Of a DNA stretch of 64,000 bases, positions 8,721-18,724 are shown piece by piece. Source of the stretch: Planctomycetota bacterium (GTDB lineage: Bacteria > Planctomycetota > Brocadiia > JAADGH01). The notes beneath the pieces were generated by a model, which did no database searches, had not been told where the DNA came from, and worked only from the letters and a program-made list of their open reading frames with translations. Each line of letters starts with the position of its first letter. Position 1 is the first letter of the stretch. Where the stretch lies: assembly GCA_013152475.1 (NCBI GenBank), contig JAADGH010000162.1, positions 45,994 through 109,993 on the forward strand, in the 5' to 3' direction. The position numbers were made by a program, and so were the translations under genes.

Positions 8721-9686
8721 TCATCCCGTGCGCGCCAATTCCTTCGGTTCTGCGCTGCAAACTGGCTTCGCGGCCGAAAGCCTGATGCTGGCATTAAGTG
8801 TTAGGGGGAGCAGCCTATCCAGTAGCCTGTGATCCAGCCATTTAAGAGAGCGATAGATTTTCTCCTCAACCGCTCGCCCTATCCTCGGCCTCAGGAGGAG
8901 AGTAATCCACACACCCACGGTAGACCGAAACAACGCCGAAGCAAAGTCGGCGGTTTCAAGTCGGATCTTGTCAAAGCCGGCCTCACGCACGCATCGCATG
9001 AGCTCCCCCGGATGAAAACAATAGATGTCCGGTGGACGCCTCTTTGCCATCTGTCTTGTACTCGACAACTCCCTGCAAAAAATGGCGCGGATCGCATCGT
9101 GCACGACCACGGGAATTAGTTTGACCGCTCCTTGAACAACGTTGAAAAATTCTGTGGCCTCTCCACTAACCAGCAATCGTCCCCCAGGCGCCAGTACACG
9201 CAGGATCTCCTTGGAGGCTCTCCAGGGGCTTGCCAAATGGTGGAAAACAGCGTTAGCCATAACGGTGTCAAAAGAACTGCCTCTGAAGGGAAGCATGGAA
9301 GTATCGGCTTGCACAAGAGGTATCTTCATGTCCGAAGGGCCTCCAAGCGAAGGGATTTCCTTGAGCATTTCTCTTGATATGTCTTGCGCGACTGGAAACG
9401 TGGTTTTGTCCGCCGCAGCCGCGGCCCAGATCATGGCGCCAGACCCTGCGCCCGTGTCAAGGACTCGACCGAGATTGACAACCGGTCCTCCCGTATGCTT
9501 CTCGATCACCCTCAACACATCTGCGACCATCTGACGGTCGAAACCCAGACTCCAGCGATCATTGTAGCGCAGAGATTCGACCTCGTCATGAAAGGCCTCG
9601 TTCACCACCCTTATCTGGTGAGAATCCGACCTCCGCGCCACGTCACGTCGAAACGTATACCGCTCGCAAAATGTTCTCGGACGCAT
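8721..9686 (-). CDS. class I SAM-dependent methyltransferase
   Basis: VLDTGAGSGAM (motif I), QADTSMLPFRGSSFDTVMANAVFHHL, LRVLAPGGRLLV. ATG 9686. Confidence 0.85.
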   Translation of the reverse strand: MRPRTFCERYTFRRDVARRSDSHQIRVVNEAFHDEVESLRYNDRWSLGFDRQMVADVLRVIEKHTGGPVVNLGRVLDTGAGSGAMIWAAAAADKTTFPVAQDISREMLKEIPSLGGPSDMKIPLVQADTSMLPFRGSSFDTVMANAVFHHLASPWRASKEILRVLAPGGRLLVSGEATEFFNVVQGAVKLIPVVVHDAIRAIFCRELSSTRQMAKRRPPDIYCFHPGELMRCVREAGFDKIRLETADFASALFRSTVGVWITLLLRPRIGRAVEEKIYRSLKWLDHRLLDRLLPLTLNASIRLSAAKPVCSAEPKELARTG

Positions 9687-9729
9687 TGGCCCGCCTCCTG
9701 TCAGCCGAAGGGAAGTCGGCGGAAATCAG

Positions 9730-10578
9730 TCAACGCACATGCCGCTTCAGGCTATCAGAAATTCTCCCGAAAGAAAAAGACGAACACAGAGCTCGAAGCT
9801 TGGGTTTGGTTGTGTGAATGTTGAGGTAATGACAGACCCGATTCTTCAGGCTCACGGATATCCGCGGCTGATGTTCATCCAGCTCCCAGGGATGAAAGGA
9901 CATTGTTGCCGGCGCCCCCCGTGAGTTGATCTTGCGCACGGCGGATTTGATGAACGCGAGAGGCAGCAATCGCAGATAGCCGCCCCTGCCGATGGGAGCG
10001 TTGATGCCAAACGCGGTTATGGAGGCAAGCGGGTATTCAAGGATCCTCTGCCCATTCGCACATTCAACAGGATAGGGCATGCAGTCGCCGCCCCCCCTGC
10101 TGCGCCTGCAGGGCCTGGGGGAAAAGACGCTCGAATCGTAGCGATGCCCCACCTCGGCAAGTATGTCGTACGCAGCAAACGGAGCGTTGACGATGGAATA
10201 GGTCGGCGCGCGATAGCCTATGACCTCGCTACCTGTAATGTCCTCCAGCAAGAGCTTTGCCGTTCTCACATCCTCTCTGAATTCCTTTTGGGTTTGTTCG
10301 GAAACCAGCCGGTGCACATAGCCATGCGAGCCGATCTCGTGACCTCGCGCCTTTATCTCGCGCACAAGGCCGGGGCGTTTTCGCGCTATCCACCCGAGGA
10401 CAAAGAACGTGGCATGCGTTCGGGATTCTTCCAAGAGGTCAAGCGCCGTGTGCACGCTTTTGGCGATGCGAAGCGGACGCTCATCCCAGCTATCCGGGCC
10501 GATAGCATTCCGAAACCGGGATACCTGAAAGTAGTCTTCGACATCGACCGTTAGAATGTTTACAGGTTCCACCGTCAT
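9730..10578 (-). CDS. polysaccharide deacetylase (NodB fold), PEP-CTERM/XrtA-locus-type subfamily
   Basis: NILTVDVEDYFQVS..., THATFFVLGWIA, GHEIGSHGYVH, IGYRAPTYSI, HPWELDEHQP match my recollection of the PEP-CTERM-locus deacetylase family. Its ATG 10578 overlaps the upstream stop as ATGA. Confidence 0.85.
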   Translation of the reverse strand: MTVEPVNILTVDVEDYFQVSRFRNAIGPDSWDERPLRIAKSVHTALDLLEESRTHATFFVLGWIARKRPGLVREIKARGHEIGSHGYVHRLVSEQTQKEFREDVRTAKLLLEDITGSEVIGYRAPTYSIVNAPFAAYDILAEVGHRYDSSVFSPRPCRRSRGGGDCMPYPVECANGQRILEYPLASITAFGINAPIGRGGYLRLLPLAFIKSAVRKINSRGAPATMSFHPWELDEHQPRISVSLKNRVCHYLNIHTTKPKLRALCSSFSFGRISDSLKRHVR

Positions 10579-11720
10579 GGGTTCCGAAGGAGCCTTCGAT
10601 ACAGGTCGGCGATCCTCTCTGCCCGGACGTCCGGGTGATATCGGACCACGTCCCGCCTTGCCCGCTGCGCGAGGGCTTGTGCCTTCTTGGGGTTAGATAC
10701 CATCTCGATCACGGCATCCGCCAGCGCATCCGGATTTCGGGGAGGCACGAGCAGAGCACTCCGACCATGCGTCACCATATACGGGACCTCACCCACGATC
10801 GTGGACACGATGGGCGTGTCCGACGCCATCGCTTCGAGGATGGCATTCGGCATCGCTTCGCTCCAGGAGGGAAGCACCAGCACGTCCAACGCCGAAAGAA
10901 GCTCCGGCACATCAGCGCGATGGCCGAGAAGCCTGACATGGTTTTCGAGTCTGCGGTCCCGTATCATGGCGGTCAGCTCCTCCTCGAGTTGTCCCTCCCC
11001 CGCGAGAATGGCCTTCACGTCGCTCCGACGAGACACAACCCTCGTCATGGCCTGGACGAACTCGCGCTGGCCTTTCTCCGGACTCAGCCTGCCAAAAACG
11101 CCCACCAACGTGTCATCCTTCGATGCACCGAAATTGCGCCGGAGCTCCTGCACATCGCCGGTACGGACGTACAAGGCCGGGTCTACGGCGTTCGGGATGA
11201 CGGAGATCCTTGACGGCGGAATGCCGAACCGCCGGAACTCTGGCACGATTGTCCGGGTGACGGCGACGACATGGTCCGGGAACCTGAGGAGCACGTTGTC
11301 AAGGGCGTTGTAGGCCCTGATCTTTATGTTCTGATACGTGCGGCCGTGGAAGAAAGCAATCCATTTGAAGGGAATGTTGAGCATGCTCAGCGCGAAGCAG
11401 ATTGTGTTCGCCTTGGGGCCGTGGGATTGAATGATATGGGCTCCCGTCCGGCGGAAGAGCCTTGCGACGTCCCGTATCGGCCGCGGGTCAAAACGGAATG
11501 CTTCATATAGCAAGGTGACCGGGCGGCCTCGCTTCCGCAGCGCATCAACAAAATCGTTGGTCGTCTCCCCGCGCCGGACGAACGTCGCGACGTGGGTCTG
11601 GACCCCAAAACAAGACTCCCTTTCGAGAAACTCAAGGATGTTCTTCCCCGGTCCGCCCACGCGGTCCGTGGAAACGATGCAGATCACCCTTATCTCAGTA
11701 TCTCGCTTCACCGCAGACAC
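10575..11720 (-). CDS. glycosyltransferase family 4 (GT-B)
   Basis: C-terminal EX7E-type motif LVLPSWSEAMPNAILEAMASDTPIVSTIVGEVPYMV. First codon at 11720 is GTG. Confidence 0.9.
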   Translation of the reverse strand: MSAVKRDTEIRVICIVSTDRVGGPGKNILEFLERESCFGVQTHVATFVRRGETTNDFVDALRKRGRPVTLLYEAFRFDPRPIRDVARLFRRTGAHIIQSHGPKANTICFALSMLNIPFKWIAFFHGRTYQNIKIRAYNALDNVLLRFPDHVVAVTRTIVPEFRRFGIPPSRISVIPNAVDPALYVRTGDVQELRRNFGASKDDTLVGVFGRLSPEKGQREFVQAMTRVVSRRSDVKAILAGEGQLEEELTAMIRDRRLENHVRLLGHRADVPELLSALDVLVLPSWSEAMPNAILEAMASDTPIVSTIVGEVPYMVTHGRSALLVPPRNPDALADAVIEMVSNPKKAQALAQRARRDVVRYHPDVRAERIADLYRRLLRNP

Positions 11721-11739
11721 ACGACCGTCGGAGATTTAT

Positions 11740-12867
11740 TCATTTTCTGCCGCCAAATACCAGCTCGCGATAGAGTTTTGCGTATTCGTTCACAATTCGC
11801 TTTAGGCTGTACTCTTCTTCGGCTTTCCTGCGCCCCGCCAAGGCGAGCGAACGAGCGATACGTGGATGCTCATACAGGTGAAGCAGAGCGGCAGAAAGGG
11901 CGTCCGAATCGTGCGGCGGAACCAGGATGCCGTTCTTGCCGTTCTCCACGGCTTCATTGGTCCCGGGGACGTCCGTTGCGACGATGGTTTTCCCTGCGGC
12001 CATCGCCTCCAGGATGCTCACAGGCATTCCCTCGCAGAGCGAACAGAGGCAATACACGTCCAGCACCCGCATGATCTGAGGGACATCGTGCCGGATTCCC
12101 AAAAAGTGCGCCCGGCCGCCAAGCTCCAGTTCATCCGCCAAGCGCTGCCATTTCTCGAAGCATTCGCCTCCTCCCACCAGAACCAGATGTGCATCGGGTG
12201 CGCCATCCAGAACCTTTCTGAACGCCCGCAACAACATATCCTGCCCCTTCTCCGGTCGAAGGTTCCCCACGCAGCCGACCACGAAATCGTTCGGGCTCAA
12301 GCCCAAGCGGCTGCGCGCCTCCCGCACGCTCAATTTCACCTGGAATCGCGGCAAGTCGACGGCGTTGTAGATGACTCGCATCTCCCGGGAAGCGGGGGCA
12401 TGCTGCAGGTAGTCCTGACGCACATTTTCCGACACGCTGACCAGCGCGTCAACGCGGGGCAAGACCCACCGCAAGAGCTTTGCTTGTTTGGGCCGAGCAT
12501 ACACGCCAAGCAGGCATTGGTTTGTATGGATCAGGGAGGTATCCGGAAGCATCCGCGTTGCGAAAAAACAATAGCTCACCGCGCCATAGTCGTGCGTGTG
12601 GACGACGTCCGCCCGACATTCGACGATAAGCCGCCGCAGCCTTGGGATCAGCGAAATATCGATTCCTTTTCGCTTTTTCATGTCATGGAAGGGCATGCCC
12701 GCCTCGGCGTATTCTCTGCGCATGGCGCCACTGCCGTCCAACGCGCAAGCAATGACGTTGAAGAGTTTCCTATCGAGACTCGTGGCCAGTGCGAAAGCGG
12801 TCCGCTCAGAGCCTCCCGTCCCGCTCGTTTGGTTAACCTGAACTATGTTGAGCTTGCGATCTTCCAA
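11740..12867 (-). CDS. glycosyltransferase family 4 (GT-B)
   Basis: GGSERTAF near the N-terminus; CLCSLCEGMPVSILEAMAAGKTIVATDVPGTNEAVENGKNGILVPP. First codon at 12867 is TTG, so the start is uncertain. Confidence 0.9.
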   Translation of the reverse strand: MEDRKLNIVQVNQTSGTGGSERTAFALATSLDRKLFNVIACALDGSGAMRREYAEAGMPFHDMKKRKGIDISLIPRLRRLIVECRADVVHTHDYGAVSYCFFATRMLPDTSLIHTNQCLLGVYARPKQAKLLRWVLPRVDALVSVSENVRQDYLQHAPASREMRVIYNAVDLPRFQVKLSVREARSRLGLSPNDFVVGCVGNLRPEKGQDMLLRAFRKVLDGAPDAHLVLVGGGECFEKWQRLADELELGGRAHFLGIRHDVPQIMRVLDVYCLCSLCEGMPVSILEAMAAGKTIVATDVPGTNEAVENGKNGILVPPHDSDALSAALLHLYEHPRIARSLALAGRRKAEEEYSLKRIVNEYAKLYRELVFGGRK

Positions 12868-12936
12868 CCGGTTTTCGAACCTGAGAGTGTTATTGCCTAT
12901 TCATTGCCAAACCGTACTGTTTCGCTGTATCCGAGA

Positions 12937-14394
12937 TCAAAGCACAGGTTCACGCGGCGCGATGAGATCTCGGAGCACCGTGCGTTCGCTCACGGCCAAA
13001 ATACCTGAAAAGGCCAATAGAATAAGTAGCTTTAATGCAATATCGTTTATCATTCGATCCGACTGCAGCAAACTCGATAGCGCAAAACAGCCTATTGCCC
13101 CGAGAGCAACGCAAAACATTTGGCAGTATTCGAAGGGGATGACGTATTCCCAATGCGCAACAATACAGGTGGCGACCATCAGGTGCAGGAATCCCACAAG
13201 CAACGCAGTAGCCGCCCCCATAATCCCATAAGGGGGGATCAGAATGACGTCCAGCACGATCTCGATGCCAATTGCGCTCAGGGTGATCCAGGACACCGCG
13301 TCCGTGCGCTGTCTCAGCAGGAGTCCTGTGCGGAAAATCCGGCTCACTGCGAGAAAGGTGTAGGCTACGGCAAGCACTGGAATTGCTGATGACGCGGCAT
13401 AGTATTTGGGATCCGCTACCAGGCGGAGGGCCAGTGGGGCGAGCATCGCCACGGCGAGAGCACAGGCCGCCAGCACTTTCAGATATGCCGTGGCGATCCG
13501 AGCATATATGCGTCGGGCATCCGATTCCCGTGCCACGCGGAACAGGTGCGCGCTCCATATCTGTTCGAACGGACCTCCGATGAACACGTTCACAAGGGCC
13601 CCAAATTTATGCCCCAGTGAATATGTGCCAACCAGCCCGAGGCTCCCCAGGAATCGGAGCATGGGCCGGTCGATGTAATGCATGAGAAACTCCGTGATAT
13701 TGCCCGGCAGCATCGGCATACCGTAGCGGAGCATCTGGCGAAACAGCGGCGGCGAAAATCCGATTCCTTTCCGACTCAGAACCCAGAAGGCAAGGGGCAA
13801 TGCAATGCAGCCCTGGGAGATGACGAAGCTGAGCCAGACCCCCGTAATGCCGTAGCCTTTCCCCGCGATGAAATAGATGTTCAGACTGATGGTCGCTATG
13901 AATTCCGCCAGAGAGATGAGTACAAAAACCAAGGATTTGCGCAAGGCCCGAATGTAGGTCAGACAGCACGTGGCAATGACTTCGAACACATTGTAGCACG
14001 CCATGAGGACGAACAGGTGGTAGCTGTCTGTCCTGCCGGTGATGAGTAGCGACAGGAGCCGGGACAGGGGAAGCACCACAGCCAATGCGAGAATCCCCAT
14101 TACCGTGACCGAGATCAGGGCCGTGGACACCAGGAGATTTTCTTTCGCGGTTCCATGGTGTTCGGCGAAGAACTTGAGGAGGGAATAGCTCATGTTGAGC
14201 GAGATGAAAAACACGAGGAACGCGCTGGTTAAGGCTACCAAGTGGGATATGCCGTATTCTGCGGGGGCCAGATAGTGGGTGTAGAGCGGGATGAGGAAAA
14301 ACCCGATGCCCTTTCGCGCCACGATGCCGAGGCCGTACACTACGGTATGTCGGGCAACCGTTTTGACGTTCTTTTGTATGCCGTTTGACGTCAT
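12937..14394 (-). CDS. Wzx-type oligosaccharide flippase (MOP superfamily polysaccharide biosynthesis protein)
   Basis: ORF 12937..14502, preferred ATG 14394 (MTSNGIQKNVKTVARHTVVYGLGIVARKGIGFFLIPLYTHYLAPAEYG). Many predicted TM helices throughout. Confidence 0.8.
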   Translation of the reverse strand: MTSNGIQKNVKTVARHTVVYGLGIVARKGIGFFLIPLYTHYLAPAEYGISHLVALTSAFLVFFISLNMSYSLLKFFAEHHGTAKENLLVSTALISVTVMGILALAVVLPLSRLLSLLITGRTDSYHLFVLMACYNVFEVIATCCLTYIRALRKSLVFVLISLAEFIATISLNIYFIAGKGYGITGVWLSFVISQGCIALPLAFWVLSRKGIGFSPPLFRQMLRYGMPMLPGNITEFLMHYIDRPMLRFLGSLGLVGTYSLGHKFGALVNVFIGGPFEQIWSAHLFRVARESDARRIYARIATAYLKVLAACALAVAMLAPLALRLVADPKYYAASSAIPVLAVAYTFLAVSRIFRTGLLLRQRTDAVSWITLSAIGIEIVLDVILIPPYGIMGAATALLVGFLHLMVATCIVAHWEYVIPFEYCQMFCVALGAIGCFALSSLLQSDRMINDIALKLLILLAFSGILAVSERTVLRDLIAPREPVL

Positions 14395-14408
14395 GTCTAT
14401 AGAGGCAA

Positions 14409-15605
14409 TCAGGTGAACATGCCGCAGCACCGGGAACAGATGGGAAACGATCCTCTCCGGCTCAGTTCTGCGCGGAACTTCCTCATCCTTGGGCCGTTCC
14501 ATATGGTCAGGAGGGCCTGGCGTTTGATGTTTCCGATCACGTAATCCGGGTGGTCGGGGCAGGGAACAACATCGCCGTTCGGGCGGATGTCAACCAGCAT
14601 CCACGGAAACAGGCAGTACCGGCGGCCGATAAGCTTGGACGGTTTTTCGTAGTATTCAGCCATTTGGTCCAGTGGCAGGCTTGGAGAGAACTTGATGTAG
14701 AGGTCCCCCGTGTCCATTTCATACAGAGAGCGGATCTGGTCCCGCAGGCGGTCCAGATCGAATCCGTGCTCTTCTCTTGCAAAGCCCTGCCATGAGGTGC
14801 AGCGGCAGTCAAAAGCCCTCTGGTACAGACGATCCGTTGCCCTTCCCAAGGCCTCGGTGGTGAACCAGCCCAGGGGGAAAATGAGGACGTCTGCGCCGAA
14901 ATCCTGAACCAGTTCGGCCACCTCGGTCAGGTGCGTATAGTTGTCGGGGGTGATCGTGCAGACGACCTTCAAAAGCGAACGAGAATGTCTCAGACGCCGT
15001 CTCTCACGCACGATTCTTCGCACCCCGCGGGACAGGCGGTCGAAGGCGCCGGGTACGCGGCAGATGCTGTCGTGTATCTCATGGGGGCCGAGAATGGACA
15101 CGTTGACGCTGTTTACATTCGAGCGAACGATCTCTTCCGCAAATCGCTCCAAAAGAGTGCCGTTCGTTTCGACGACGCAAAACAGTCTCCTATCCATGAT
15201 CAGGGCCAGAAGTTGCGCGAACTGCGGGTGCAGCAACGGCTCGCCTCCCCACATACACACATCGGGGCGAGTCGGATATGCCGCAATCTCGTCAATGACC
15301 CCGCGGAGCAGATCAAACTCAAGAGTATGAGGGGCTCTCGTGCGATCGGTCCCGGTGTAGATCCCCGTTTCGCCATGCTGCCCACACATCTTGCACCGCA
15401 GGTTGCACCGGGACGTTAGGTTAAGCGATACGGTGAACGGCGAGCGAGAGAATGGGCAGGACTTGTGCGCCAGCCTCCGGAGAAACATCCAACGGCTCAG
15501 CTCCTTTCGGAGCTTACGCATCGCATAATCGGGCTGCTCTATTCCTAATCGGACAAGCTTTCCAAGGGCCCCCCTGGTGAAACTGAACGCTCTCGTGATG
15601 ACCAC
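14409..15605 (-). CDS. radical SAM enzyme with SPASM/twitch-like Cys-rich C-terminal domain
   Basis: LNLTSRCNLRCKMCGQ (CX3CX2C), MWGGEPLLHP, C-terminal YCLFPW..PNGDVVPCPDH..GNI...WNG...FPICSRCCG. First codon at 15605 is GTG; the alternative ATG is 15521. Confidence 0.85.
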   Translation of the reverse strand: MVITRAFSFTRGALGKLVRLGIEQPDYAMRKLRKELSRWMFLRRLAHKSCPFSRSPFTVSLNLTSRCNLRCKMCGQHGETGIYTGTDRTRAPHTLEFDLLRGVIDEIAAYPTRPDVCMWGGEPLLHPQFAQLLALIMDRRLFCVVETNGTLLERFAEEIVRSNVNSVNVSILGPHEIHDSICRVPGAFDRLSRGVRRIVRERRRLRHSRSLLKVVCTITPDNYTHLTEVAELVQDFGADVLIFPLGWFTTEALGRATDRLYQRAFDCRCTSWQGFAREEHGFDLDRLRDQIRSLYEMDTGDLYIKFSPSLPLDQMAEYYEKPSKLIGRRYCLFPWMLVDIRPNGDVVPCPDHPDYVIGNIKRQALLTIWNGPRMRKFRAELSRRGSFPICSRCCGMFT

Positions 15606-15661
15606 AAAAAATCTCCGAAGGACACGTCCTTACATGCAGGCCGCCGATACGCGACGCCAGG

Positions 15662-16555
15662 CTATTTGCCTACTCTTCCTTCGATCAACACGCGCCCCGC
15701 GCAGAAGTGCGCAATGGGCCTGCAAAGGGCCAAGAGAGCCCGATCCATCTTGACAAGGGGAACAATGCTGTCTGGAAACAGGCGATTGGACAGCAACTTG
15801 AAATAGCAAAAACGAGCGCACCGAAGATTCTCCACGATGTATGCCATATCGTGCTGCGTCAGTTTCGTCTCGTCCGGGCTGCTGATCCGCTCCTTCTCCC
15901 TGAAAACAATATCGGCCACTCGCGGGTAGATGACTTCTTCCACGAATCTGGAATGCCGGATGCTCTGCGTTGCGGTGTGAGAGTAAGGCTCGTCGATCAC
16001 AACGAGGGCCCCAGGCCTCGATACACGACATATCTCGCCAAACGCCTGCGGGATATCGCAGTGGTGGAGTGCTGCAGCCACAACGACGCAATCAAAGGAC
16101 TCATCCTCATACTCCATACTCTCTGCTGGCATCACCTTAAAATGGGGGTGTACCCCCAGCATCGCGGCTGTGCCTTTCGCATGGGCGATCAAATCCGGGC
16201 TGAGGTCGAAGGCGTGGACCTCGGCGCCCATTCTGCACAGGCAGAACGCATCCGTACCTCCCCCACACCCAACGACAAGGACCCTCCTGTTCCGAATGTT
16301 CTCCCGCAAGAGGATCGTGTACATTGCCCACCGATGATCCCACCCGCGTCTTTTCTTGCTGTCTACAACATCATAGAAACCCTTTGGACATTCCCTCGGC
16401 TTGTCTCGGTAACGCTCCATATAGGCCTTGAAGTATTCACGTTCACGTCGCTGCCTATCTGTTAACTCGTACTTCTTCACCTTCTGCGAAGTCTCCGTTG
16501 GTGTTTCATGGCTGGCATCGAAATATCGACAAGGGGGCTGCGCCCTATAAACCAT
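15662..16555 (-). CDS. class I SAM-dependent methyltransferase
   Basis: VLVVGCGGGTDAF, AFDLSPDLI, DESFDCVVVAAALHHC, GALVVIDEP. ATG 16555 (the track ORF starts at TTG 16561). Overlaps the upstream stop by 11 nt. Confidence 0.85.
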   Translation of the reverse strand: MVYRAQPPCRYFDASHETPTETSQKVKKYELTDRQRREREYFKAYMERYRDKPRECPKGFYDVVDSKKRRGWDHRWAMYTILLRENIRNRRVLVVGCGGGTDAFCLCRMGAEVHAFDLSPDLIAHAKGTAAMLGVHPHFKVMPAESMEYEDESFDCVVVAAALHHCDIPQAFGEICRVSRPGALVVIDEPYSHTATQSIRHSRFVEEVIYPRVADIVFREKERISSPDETKLTQHDMAYIVENLRCARFCYFKLLSNRLFPDSIVPLVKMDRALLALCRPIAHFCAGRVLIEGRVGK

Positions 16556-18062
16556 AGACAAAGCGGGAATACAGCAGTCTTAGACGCAGTGCCATCGTAT
16601 CAACGATCCGCCTCAGGAGTTTCACTGGGTTGGTCCGAAGCAAGTGCATGCTTTCCTTGAGCCAGCGGCGAACGTTGAAGAGAGACAACCGCGTGTTGCG
16701 CTCGTACGCCGCCTTGAAGAGTTCCTGCTGCAAGGATCTAAACCGTTCCGGGGGGATATTGACAGCGAACCACGACCGCGAACTGGCATGGGAGAGTTTT
16801 GACCAATCGGGCCTGTCGCCGATCAGGCCCAGCCTCTTAACTTGCTCATGCATTTCGCTGCCGGGATAGGGAACGTAGGTATTGACGTAAACCAGGTCGT
16901 GTTTCAGCTCGCGAACCAGACGGATCGTCTTGCGAATGTCTTCCTCGGTTTCGTCTGGCGTCCCCACAAGAAATGTCGTAATCACCTGCATTCCCTCGCG
17001 ACGGACCAGTGCGATGGCCTTGCGCACCTTGTCTATGTCAACTTGCTTTTTCATGATTCGGAGCATACGCTCGCTCCCTGATTCGGCCCCGATCAGAACG
17101 GCCGTACAGCCTGACAGATGAAGCATCCTTGCCGAGGTGGCGTCGATGGCATCCGCCCTTGAAGAACACAGCCATTCGAATCCAAGTCCGGTGGCCCGGA
17201 CAGCCTTGCAGAAATGCAGCAGGCGGGACCGTTTCAAGGTAAGTGTGTCGTCCACGAAGTGAAACCTGCGGCACCCGAAGTCGCGCCCCAATTGCCGAAT
17301 CTCTGAGATGATATTGTCTACAGAACGGAATCGCACCTTTGTACCCCAGAGGCCTCTGGAATCGCAGAAGGTACACTGGTATGGGCAGCCGCGCGATCCG
17401 ATAATGGTGCCCATGTGGGTGTCTGAATAGAGGTCGGGAAAGAGCCTCAAGTCTTTGGCAGGGAACGGTAGTGAGTCGAGGTCCTTGATATAGGGTCTCA
17501 GGGGGTTGACGATCACCCGTCGGCCCTTCCTCAGGCAGATCCCCTCGATTGTACTGAGCGAGCGAGCGTCTTCGAGCGCGTCCACCAGCTCGACAATCGT
17601 GACCTCACCTTCGCCCCGCACCACAAAATCTATGTTCTTGTCGTCCATGACCTCTTCGGGACAGGCATTGGGGTGAGGACCACCGGCAACGACCACACAG
17701 TCAGGAAGCTCCTCTTTGGCCAGATGCGCCACGATCTTCGCGGAGGGAAGGGCCGGGCTCTGAATGCTGATGCCCACCATGTCCGGCGTCTGCTGTTTCA
17801 TGACGCTTCTGATCTCATCCCACACCGGATGGGCGCGATCGGCCAATGCCTGCAGGTACCGCTCCTGCCCGGAGGTCCTCTGGGCGTCCAACCAGGGGCG
17901 CTCAAACGTTGGCGTATCGGGTCCGATATCCGCGTTATAGATCCGGACCTGGTGATTCGCGTCTCTCAGAACGGCCCCAAGGTAGCCGAGCGACAACGGG
18001 AAAAAGTCGTTCTTGACACGCATCAGCCTTTCGAACGGAGGGAATACGAGCAGGACCTTCAC
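16545..18062 (-). CDS. B12-binding-domain radical SAM enzyme (class B, methyltransferase-like)
   Basis: N-terminal KVLLVFPP...PLSLGYLGAVLRDANHQVRIYN (cobalamin-binding Rossmann-like domain) followed by GSRGCPYQCTFCDS (CX3CX2C). GTG start 18062 with AAAGAGG ~8 nt upstream. Confidence 0.85.
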   Translation of the reverse strand: MKVLLVFPPFERLMRVKNDFFPLSLGYLGAVLRDANHQVRIYNADIGPDTPTFERPWLDAQRTSGQERYLQALADRAHPVWDEIRSVMKQQTPDMVGISIQSPALPSAKIVAHLAKEELPDCVVVAGGPHPNACPEEVMDDKNIDFVVRGEGEVTIVELVDALEDARSLSTIEGICLRKGRRVIVNPLRPYIKDLDSLPFPAKDLRLFPDLYSDTHMGTIIGSRGCPYQCTFCDSRGLWGTKVRFRSVDNIISEIRQLGRDFGCRRFHFVDDTLTLKRSRLLHFCKAVRATGLGFEWLCSSRADAIDATSARMLHLSGCTAVLIGAESGSERMLRIMKKQVDIDKVRKAIALVRREGMQVITTFLVGTPDETEEDIRKTIRLVRELKHDLVYVNTYVPYPGSEMHEQVKRLGLIGDRPDWSKLSHASSRSWFAVNIPPERFRSLQQELFKAAYERNTRLSLFNVRRWLKESMHLLRTNPVKLLRRIVDTMALRLRLLYSRFVYGL

Positions 18063-18064
18063 GT

Positions 18065-18724
18065 CTATGCCTCTTTCTTTGCAGATTTCTTGCCGCCGTT
18101 CGCCGGATTCTCCCCCTCAGGGCCGTCGGCTGGTGACGCATGCCGGCGCCATCTCTTGCCGATGCTGCGCGCAGGGATGCCGCCAACGATTGCATACGGC
18201 GGGATATCCCTTGTGACCACAGCGCCCGCGCCGATGATCGCACCGTCGCCGATCTTGACACCCGCCACAATCACGCTATTGGAGCCTACCCACACGTCAT
18301 TTCCGATAGCGATATCTTTCTCAATCCAGGGCTGAACATTCATCGGCATGTCAAGATCGGTGTCATGGTTTGATGAGAAGATACGCGCGCCGGGACCCAT
18401 CAACACATTATCGCCAATGACAATGCGAGACTTGGGGCTGGCCCAGACACAGCAGTATTGGTTCACATGAGAGTTTTCCCCCAGCCAGATATTCTCGCCG
18501 CATCGGAAGGATGCGGTGGGATGGATCCTCACATTCCGCCCCTGGTGCATCCTGGCCCGCGGGGCCACGTGGTCGTGGATGTAGTACCCGAACATCGAGA
18601 GATAAGAGCGGATGGCCGTGGGAGACAGCATGTACAAGATCACCTCGATGATGTCCCGCAGTGTTGGCCGATTGCGTGGTTGGTGTGCCTTATTCACTTT
18701 TTGTGCCGCGTCCCTCCACGCCAT
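18065..18724 (-). CDS. hexapeptide-repeat (LbH) sugar O-acetyltransferase
   Basis: IGDNVLMGPGARIFSSNHDTD...IAIGNDVWVGSNSVIVAGVKIGDGAIIGAGAVVTRDIPPYAIVGGIPAR. Start uncertain: ATG 18724, or GTG/TTG/ATG at 18640-18631. Lys-rich C-terminal tail. Confidence 0.8.
   Translation of the reverse strand: MAWRDAAQKVNKAHQPRNRPTLRDIIEVILYMLSPTAIRSYLSMFGYYIHDHVAPRARMHQGRNVRIHPTASFRCGENIWLGENSHVNQYCCVWASPKSRIVIGDNVLMGPGARIFSSNHDTDLDMPMNVQPWIEKDIAIGNDVWVGSNSVIVAGVKIGDGAIIGAGAVVTRDIPPYAIVGGIPARSIGKRWRRHASPADGPEGENPANGGKKSAKKEA

Noticed and set aside
8549-8794. 81-aa minus-strand ORF in the gap between the methyltransferase and the ATP-grasp fusion gene
   Set aside because: It overlaps both neighbours' ends out of frame, has no SD and no motif. 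The 138-bp gap is more simply non-coding.
11866-13008. 380-aa plus-strand ORF over the GT4 gene
   Set aside because: It is antisense to a gene with the canonical GT4 EX7E region, and the translation has no motifs.
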